Below are positions 26,466 to 32,000 of a stretch of 32,000 nt of DNA, piece after piece. Origin of the DNA: Candidatus Saccharimonadota bacterium (GTDB lineage Bacteria; Patescibacteriota; Gracilibacteria; UBA4473); assembly GCA_030429505.1 (NCBI GenBank), contig JAUIFI010000001.1:990001-1022000 (forward strand). Reading direction: 5' to 3'. A program made the translations under genes and the position numbers. Position 1 is the stretch's first letter, and each line of letters starts with the position of its first letter. The notes beneath the pieces were generated by a model that worked only from the letters and a program-made list of their open reading frames with translations, searched no databases and was not told where the DNA came from.

Positions 26466-27539
26466 CGTTTTCATTTCCATCAACCTTTCCAACACCTTCT
26501 CATTCGCTTCCAAAAAATTAACTTTACCAAAATCCACTGGTGAGACCCAATCGAGCTTTTGCTTTTCCAAAGGCTGGGGCTCACCTTTCTGAATTTGACA
26601 CCGATGAAAGCGAAGACGCAAGTGGACTTTTTCGAATTCATGTTCCTCTTCAAAAAAATGAGGTCTTACAGACACCTCAATCCCCAATTCTTCCAAAATT
26701 TCCCGCTTTACACACGCTCGAAAATCTTCGCCTTTTTCTCGTTTTCCACCTGGAAATTCCCACTTACCTTCAAAGCTTTTGCCTTTGGGGCGGCTTTGGA
26801 TGAGGTATTTTCCGTTTCGATGAATACACGCGATACCCACCTCAATGGTATGTTTTTTACTTTTCCCACTCTTCTTTTTGCTCTTTTGATTTAAAGAAGT
26901 GCGTTTAATGTTTCGAGTAGGTATAAATTTTGATGCTATTTGTGGCGGAAAAAATTGTCCTAACTCTCCTTTGATATCATCTCCATTTCGTAACGCTGTT
27001 GCCAAATCCATCATAGCATTATTCCAATCTCGACCAGACGGACTGGCATAGACTAAGGTTTGCGCCATAGTTTCAACTTTTTCGCGAGACCATAAGATCT
27101 GAATGATTTTAGTAATATTCGTGTCAATCGCTGGCACTTTTTTATCAAAAGCAAAGGCTAAGATCGCCCGAGCTGTATACTGACCAATACCGGGGAGTTG
27201 TTGCAACTCAGTTGCATTAAGAGGAAATTGTCCGTCATGTTTCTGCACTATAATCTGAGCTGCTTTCAAAATATTCTTCCCTCGACGATAATATCCCAAC
27301 CCCTTCCAACACGGAAAAACATCTTCCCACGTTGCTTTCGCCAAATCCTGAATGGTTGGAAAACGTTTCAAAAAATTTGGATAGAAATACTCTTTCACTC
27401 GGTTAACCTGAGTTTGTTGAAGCATAATCTCAGAGATCCATATCTTGTACGGATCAATAGTTTCTCTCCAGGGAAGTTTACGACCATAGTCTTGATACCA
27501 CCCCAAAAGGAGCTTGGTAAATGTAGCAGGCTCTTTCAT
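26463..27539 (-). CDS. mutY: MutY-type adenine DNA glycosylase (no Fe-S cysteines) fused to a MutT-type Nudix domain
   Basis: ATG at 27539 (MKEPATF..). Glycosylase motifs are WISEIMLQQTQVNRV, the HhH LPGIGQYTARAIL and catalytic-Asp context PAIDTNI. The C-terminal half carries a complete Nudix box, GGKREKGEDFRACVKREILEELGI. Confidence 0.85.
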   Translation of the reverse strand: MKEPATFTKLLLGWYQDYGRKLPWRETIDPYKIWISEIMLQQTQVNRVKEYFYPNFLKRFPTIQDLAKATWEDVFPCWKGLGYYRRGKNILKAAQIIVQKHDGQFPLNATELQQLPGIGQYTARAILAFAFDKKVPAIDTNITKIIQILWSREKVETMAQTLVYASPSGRDWNNAMMDLATALRNGDDIKGELGQFFPPQIASKFIPTRNIKRTSLNQKSKKKSGKSKKHTIEVGIACIHRNGKYLIQSRPKGKSFEGKWEFPGGKREKGEDFRACVKREILEELGIEVSVRPHFFEEEHEFEKVHLRLRFHRCQIQKGEPQPLEKQKLDWVSPVDFGKVNFLEANEKVLERLMEMKT

Positions 27540-27599
27540 AATCACTTCTTTTCTACTGGAAGAGAGTCTGAAAATCAATGTTAGATTTTCTTTTTAATC

Positions 27600-28583
27600 C
27601 TACGGAGCAATAAAGAAAAACATAATCGTCCAAGCAGAAAAAGCTAAGATAAGACCTATGATGGAAGCCACCACGATCCGTTTTGCTTCTTCGGTCGCTT
27701 CATCATTAATACCAAAATTAAGCATCAGTCGTATTCCAGCCCAGATCAAAGATATAACAGCAATCACACCAATCACACCAAGAATAAAATTAATCCAGTC
27801 TATCAAAAATGCAATCGTACCAGTAATCTCTGGAACAGCGAGTTCTCTCGTGGTTTTCCCAACGCCCGCTTCTGAATAAAATCCTCTATTGTTGGTAAAT
27901 AAATCAATTATTTTTTGTGCCGAAACCAAAATAACCATCCCAATCGACGCAAAGAGAATTTGCTTTCGGAAGGTGGATAGTGCTTCCTGGTTGTCCGAAC
28001 CTGCCATAATAAGTCTGATTGAGGCGAAAATTACGAATCCTACAGCCACCGCTACTGCAAAGGTAAGAAGATAATTAAATATTCCTTGGAGTTCTGTAAA
28101 GCCACGACTAGCAAATTCAACTGAATCATTCTCATGTAAAATTTCACCTTCGCTTCCAAAGAAGATAGAGTCTACAGCCACTACTGACAGTAAGATAATC
28201 GCAAAACCCAAGGCAACACTGAGAATCATTTGCTTTTTTTCGTTGTAAACTTCTTCTTTTCCACGAGAAGCTATAAGTTGAACCCCTCCCCAAGCAATAA
28301 GAATAATAGAAATGGGGATAAGAAATTTATGCAAGTAATCACGAAGAATATCAACGATAATACGAAACTGAAATTCTCCTCGATCACTTTTGGTTAAAGA
28401 ATTTTCTACCCGAAACGTATAATCCTTCAGATATTCACTCCCATACTTACTATTAAAAAATAAATCTTCTGGATCATTGCTAAAGATGGGTTGGTTCGTC
28501 AAAGAATTCGTTTGAGCCAAAGCATCTCCACCTCCAAATGAGAGGAATGGAAGTATGAAAAGAGTCAGAAAAAATATCTTCAT
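27600..28583 (-). CDS. Membrane protein made of three TrbC/VirB2-like (T4SS pilin-like) modules
   Basis: 327 aa with a signal peptide and a ~60-aa soluble segment. Then three repeats of TM helix, short acidic loop, basic residues, TM helix. Example: ..ISLIWAGIRLMLNFGINDEATEEAKRIVVASIIGLILAFSAWTIMFFF. Confidence 0.6.
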   Translation of the reverse strand: MKIFFLTLFILPFLSFGGGDALAQTNSLTNQPIFSNDPEDLFFNSKYGSEYLKDYTFRVENSLTKSDRGEFQFRIIVDILRDYLHKFLIPISIILIAWGGVQLIASRGKEEVYNEKKQMILSVALGFAIILLSVVAVDSIFFGSEGEILHENDSVEFASRGFTELQGIFNYLLTFAVAVAVGFVIFASIRLIMAGSDNQEALSTFRKQILFASIGMVILVSAQKIIDLFTNNRGFYSEAGVGKTTRELAVPEITGTIAFLIDWINFILGVIGVIAVISLIWAGIRLMLNFGINDEATEEAKRIVVASIIGLILAFSAWTIMFFFIAP

Positions 28584-29488
28584 CGAATGAAAAAAGTAAT
28601 GATGATAAAGCTAGAAAGGGCTGTGACAATACCAATGACAGAAGCCATAACCATGCTTTTGGCTCGTTTCGTTTGGTCTTCGCTACCAAAACTCGATACA
28701 AAATATAAACTTGATAAAATGAGCATAATAGTGGCTGCCACAGCCAGAAAAGAAAGAATAAAATTAATAATTCCGAGTATTTCACTATTAGCCGTTAGCT
28801 CCGCACTACGAGGATCAGCATTACTCAAGACACGAACAATAACCTCTGACATAAGGATAAAAACCACACCTAATACAAAAGAACGAATGAATTTTTTTTC
28901 ATTCGAAATAGTCTCGTCATTTTCTCCTCCCGTGATAAGGGCATATCCCGAGATAGCAAGATACACCAGCATAATACCAGTAATAATGATCTGAAAGAAG
29001 GTTTTAATCTGATTAATCTTGCTTCCCAAATTTGCCATGATAAAAGAGCTTTGTTCGACATCTATTTTCGGGTTTGCTGGATCAACAAGTTGAAACGCAA
29101 CAAACTCTGCCACAGATATAACAGCAAGTCCTAAGATTAGCCATCCAAACTGAGCTTTGAGCTTACTCATTTTTTCTTCCTCCCCCTGAGCAAAAATAAA
29201 TCGAGCTCCCAAAACTACAAGGAGTAAAATAGCCGCTCCCCCCAAAAATATATTTACTCTCGTAATGAGATCATTTTTTCGATCATCTTTTCTTTGGAAA
29301 AGTGTCCTAATGGCATTTTCAGTTCCTTCATCGAAACCATCATCAATAACACTCTGTACAATATTATCCCTTATGATAGGGGCATAATTTCCACTAGGAA
29401 GTGGAAGCGTATTGATGTCTTGAGCAAAACTTCCCCCAGCTCCACAGACAGAAAAGGCAAGAAAGAAAGTAAAAATCAACGTTTTCAT
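28580..29488 (-). CDS. Membrane protein made of three TrbC/VirB2-like modules (paralog)
   Basis: Start preferred at the ATG at 29488 (MKTLIFTFFLAFSVCGAGGSFA, signal-like); the ORF extends to 29557. Same three-module layout. The stop overlaps the start of the downstream paralog by 4 nt. Confidence 0.6.
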   Translation of the reverse strand: MKTLIFTFFLAFSVCGAGGSFAQDINTLPLPSGNYAPIIRDNIVQSVIDDGFDEGTENAIRTLFQRKDDRKNDLITRVNIFLGGAAILLLVVLGARFIFAQGEEEKMSKLKAQFGWLILGLAVISVAEFVAFQLVDPANPKIDVEQSSFIMANLGSKINQIKTFFQIIITGIMLVYLAISGYALITGGENDETISNEKKFIRSFVLGVVFILMSEVIVRVLSNADPRSAELTANSEILGIINFILSFLAVAATIMLILSSLYFVSSFGSEDQTKRAKSMVMASVIGIVTALSSFIIITFFIR

Positions 29489-29576
29489 TCTTCCCATTAT
29501 ACCAGAAAAAAGCACTTTTCTCAAATATCTTTGCCAGTATTCATGGTTATTTGACAAACGTACAACGGCTTATAAA

Positions 29577-29849
29577 ATGGGGCGGCTTTTATGTTCTTTT
29601 TTGTTCGTGGTTATGATAGCGTGGCTTCTTATTCCTCTTGGCGTCGTAATGATTGTCAAAGCCGATAAAATCGTAAGTTTTACCGGCGAGATTCCTTTTG
29701 CAGAAAAAGTATTTGGATCTGGAGGAACCTACACATTCGTAAAAGTTCTGGGCTTACTTATGTCCATTTTTGCATTTATGTGGGTCTTTGGAGGACTGGA
29801 TAGTTTTCTCCAAGCCACACTCGGAAAGTTTATTCCCGGTTCACAGTAG
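29577..29849 (+). CDS. Small membrane protein (2 TM), unknown function
   Basis: 90-aa ORF with two hydrophobic helices, divergent from the pilin-like pair. Confidence 0.45.
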   Translation: MGRLLCSFLFVVMIAWLLIPLGVVMIVKADKIVSFTGEIPFAEKVFGSGGTYTFVKVLGLLMSIFAFMWVFGGLDSFLQATLGKFIPGSQ

Positions 29850-29924
29850 TTTTTTTACTATTACACATCGAAGACATTCGTTTTCAATGTGAGAGGAGTA
29901 GACGATGAAGTATAAACTGACGAC

Positions 29925-30001
29925 GGGGCTATAGCTCAGCTGGCTAGAGCACCTGCTTTGCAAGCAGGGGGTCCAGGGTTCGAATCCCTGTAGCTCCACC
30001 A
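29925..30001 (+). tRNA. tRNA-Ala (anticodon UGC), 3' CCA encoded
   Basis: Acceptor GGGGCUA/UAGCUCC includes the G3:U70 alanine identity pair. Anticodon arm is CCUGC-UUUGCAA-GCAGG. T loop is GGUUCGAAUCC. Confidence 0.93.
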
Positions 30002-30081
30002 AGAAAAAATCTGTGGAAAACCACAAAACTTTAAACTCCATTTAAGCAAAAAACGAAATAAAAAAGCGACTTAGCGACCAC

Positions 30082-30156
30082 GGGTTGGTAGCTCAGTGGT
30101 AGAGCAGTGGCCTTTTAAGCCATTGGCCGTGGGTTCGAACCCCACCCAACCCACCA
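30082..30156 (+). tRNA. tRNA-Lys (anticodon UUU), 3' CCA encoded
   Basis: Acceptor GGGUUGG/CCAACCC. Anticodon arm is GUGGC-CUUUUAA-GCCAU. T arm is GUGGG-UUCGAAC-CCCAC. Confidence 0.9.
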
Positions 30157-30169
30157 GAGTAAAAAAGTG

Positions 30170-30193
30170 TCAGGCGTGTCCTGATGATTTTTT
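30170..30193. terminator. Weak bidirectional hairpin after tRNA-Lys
   Basis: A6-GTG-TCAGG-CGTGT-CCTGA-TGA-T6. The stem is short (5 bp). Confidence 0.35.
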
Positions 30194-30309
30194 GCCTTGT
30201 TTTTTTCAGAATAAAAAAATAGCATACCCACCAATGTGTGGTTAACATGCTACAAATAATACGAAGCCACAATAATTCTCCATTGAGTGTGTGTCGTATT
30301 GCCACGATG

Positions 30310-30570
30310 TTAATCGATTTTTCGATCCTTTGTATCTTCATCAAGAGGCTTGGCCGGTTCGTTGTCTAGGCCTGTCCAATCCAAGTGGATCTTGCCATTT
30401 TTGTCGGCTTCTTTGGTTCTGTCCCTGATTGTGGATTCTACTCTGGCCCACGTATCGGGTGTGATTTTCTCCCGAACGATATTGCCATTTTCGTCGGAGC
30501 CGACAAAGTAGGCGTTGATTTTAGGATGCTTGCCGTCCGATTCAAACGGAATCAGTTTCCGCTGTGCCAT
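30310..30570 (-). CDS. Small hydrophilic protein, paralog 1 (C-terminal LDWTGLDNEPA motif), unknown family
   Basis: Preferred start is MAQRKL at 30570; the ORF track extends to 30627 through the promoter. It shares the MAQ start, a GN-I/V core and an LDW[TS]GLDN[EN]PA block with 30682..30954. Confidence 0.5.
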   Translation of the reverse strand: MAQRKLIPFESDGKHPKINAYFVGSDENGNIVREKITPDTWARVESTIRDRTKEADKNGKIHLDWTGLDNEPAKPLDEDTKDRKID

Positions 30571-30598
30571 AAAGTGTGTAGTTAACAAATGCACACAA

Positions 30599-30627
30599 AT
30601 CTTAGCACAAAAATGGACAGATGTCAA
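30599..30627 (-). promoter_or_regulatory. Promoter candidate of small paralog 1
   Basis: Minus strand reads TTGACA-17 nt-TAAGAT, followed by the conserved leader ATTTGTTAAC-ACAC. Confidence 0.5.
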
Positions 30628-30681
30628 GTTCGTTCGTAGAGTCCATCCACAAAAGAGTGAATGGTCGAGTTGTGTGTTAAC

Positions 30682-30954
30682 TCAGGCCGGATTGTTGTCG
30701 AGACCCGACCAGTCAAGCTCAATCTTGCTATTGGCAGTTGACTTTTTTTCTACAAGGTCTTGATTGTCACTTTCTGTCCGAGTATCGTGAGCGCTTTCCG
30801 ATATTGCAATGTTGTCCGAGACTTTCTTGCGTGTGTCTTCTTTCACAATCTGAAAAATTCGATTGCCGTGATTATCAACTCTTTCGATTGTTGTAGTTGA
30901 CGTATTAACATCGTCGCCGTTTTCAGACAGAGATCTGATCTTAAATTGTGCCAT
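30682..30954 (-). CDS. Small hydrophilic protein, paralog 2 (C-terminal LDWSGLDNNPA), unknown family
   Basis: 90 aa starting MAQFKI.., acidic, Ser/Thr-rich, with no signal peptide. Paralogous to 30310..30570. Confidence 0.5.
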   Translation of the reverse strand: MAQFKIRSLSENGDDVNTSTTTIERVDNHGNRIFQIVKEDTRKKVSDNIAISESAHDTRTESDNQDLVEKKSTANSKIELDWSGLDNNPA

Positions 30955-30986
30955 AGATAGTGAGTGTGGTTAACAAATAAAAATAG

Positions 30987-31015
30987 ATGTTAGTATTAAA
31001 ATACGAATATGTCAA
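30987..31015 (-). promoter_or_regulatory. Promoter candidate of small paralog 2
   Basis: Minus strand reads TTGACA-17 nt-TAACAT, followed by the same ATTTGTTAACCACAC leader. Confidence 0.5.
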
Positions 31016-31606
31016 GTAAGTTTATGAAGTTCATTTACCCCAACTATGGCTGATCGAAGTGAAAAAAATCGGAAGGAAGCGGGCTCCTAAAAAGAAGTGG
31101 AAAATAATGTTCCTCATAAAAACACTCCAAAAGATTAAAAAATGAAGCTTGATACAAGTAATCAAGCTGTGACTATATTTATAAGTTTACATGACATTAT
31201 TTCATGTATACATAATCTTTGTGGTGACATGTAAAAGAACGAAATGCTTTTAAAAAAGCCGAAGAAATATAAAGAAAAAAAAGATTTCTTCAACCATAAA
31301 TAACTTTTATATACCTAGAATATGACAGGTTTTTTGATGAAATTATGAAAAAATTCAAACAATAGTTAGTAATGTTTTATGCATTTGAAAAATAGTCAAT
31401 TAAAAATATTCAAAAAAGAGAGTCAATATATTTGTTTCTGTTTTTCGTATTTGCCCTTTAAAAAAGGCGTTTTTTTTGGTACAATAATCCCGCATATTCG
31501 GTGCGTTTTAAAATGGTGTTGTACGTAAATGAAAAGCATAGGATAAAGGTGACTTTGATAATCTCTGACAACGGTTTTCCGAATTGTTTATACTGAAACT
31601 TCTTCT

Positions 31607-32000
31607 ATGGTTTTCAAAAAAATAGTTGCACACCCTACAAAAAAAGATATCTGTTGGCTAGGAAGAATAGTAAAGTCTTTAGCTTTTGCATTGACTGTTT
31701 GGGTTGCTTTTTTGAGTAATGTCCAATACTCATATGCTTTTGCAGGTGGAGACGGATCAGTAGGAGATCCCTACCAGATATCGACTTGTTCGGAGCTACA
31801 AGATATGAAGGATAATCTATCTTCAAATTTTATTCTGATAAAACCTATCGACTGTAGCGCCACTTCTGGTTGGAATAGTGGAAATGGATTTATTCCTGTG
31901 GGAGATTCTATTACGGCTTTTACGGGAACCCTTGACGGAAAAGGATATACAATTGATAGTCTCTTTATCGATCGAGGATCTACGAATGATGTGGGACTCT
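31607..32000 (+). CDS. Secreted adhesin-like protein, 5' partial (runs off the window)
   Basis: My own translation: MVFKKIVAHPTKKDICWLGRIVKSLAFALTVWVAFLSNVQYSYAFAGGDGSVGDPYQISTCSELQDM..FILIKPIDCSATSGWNSGNGFIPVGDSITAFTGTLDGKGYTIDSLFIDRGSTNDVGL. The G-G-PYxI..L..M....F.L...ID......F.PIG....F.GxxDGxGxxI..L motif is typical of the N terminus of beta-helix/GLUG-type surface proteins. Confidence 0.6.
   Translation, partial: MVFKKIVAHPTKKDICWLGRIVKSLAFALTVWVAFLSNVQYSYAFAGGDGSVGDPYQISTCSELQDMKDNLSSNFILIKPIDCSATSGWNSGNGFIPVGDSITAFTGTLDGKGYTIDSLFIDRGSTNDVGL

Noticed and set aside
29841-30344. ORFs 29841..30041 (-) and 30093..30344 (-).
   Set aside because: They run straight through tRNA-Ala and tRNA-Lys on the opposite strand and are artefacts.
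30082-32000. Genomic island integrated at tRNA-Lys.
   Set aside because: There is no integrase or recombinase gene, and I could find no direct repeat of the tRNA-Lys 3' end downstream within the window. It is kept only as a weak contextual remark in a finding.
1-32000. Alternative genetic code (UGA recoding, as in some candidate phyla) and CRISPR arrays.
   Set aside because: Conserved genes (fusA, ftsK, infC, rplT, mutY) are uninterrupted under the standard code. I saw no series of regularly spaced direct repeats anywhere in the window.

Overview
AT-rich bacterial chromosome segment read under the standard genetic code (long ORFs are intact, so there is no sign of UGA recoding). The gene content fits a small-genome uncultivated lineage, possibly CPR/Patescibacteria-like. 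That placement is inference only, based on a FemAB-type peptidoglycan enzyme, T4SS-pilin-like membrane proteins, an SLH protein and many orphan secreted proteins. Housekeeping genes: fusA, infC-rpmI-rplT, ftsK, a mutY-like gene, a GT2 glycosyltransferase, a CcdA plus thioredoxin pair, and three tRNAs (Arg-UCU, Ala-UGC, Lys-UUU), all with encoded CCA. Between these lie unexplained accessory modules. (1) A minus-strand operon encodes two paralogous secreted proteins with 16 conserved Cys each and a beta-propeller protein with a T9SS-type C-terminal sorting domain, downstream of an 803-aa envelope protein. (2) A tandemly duplicated XRE-like HTH gene, promoter included, is translationally coupled to a RadC/JAB metallopeptidase gene. 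(3) Two adjacent proteins are each built from three fused TrbC/VirB2-like pilin modules. (4) A MutY glycosylase lacks the Fe-S cysteines and is fused to an intact MutT-type Nudix box. (5) A DNPH1-like and a MazG-like gene sit side by side. (6) Two small paralogous acidic proteins with their own promoters and a repeated GTGTG-GTTAAC motif lie just after tRNA-Lys. (7) Structured non-coding regions include an attenuator-like leader before infC and a roughly 215-nt promoter-to-terminator unit between ccdA and the SLH gene. I saw no CRISPR array, integrase, transposase or rRNA. All functional calls come from reading motifs by eye and none were checked against databases.
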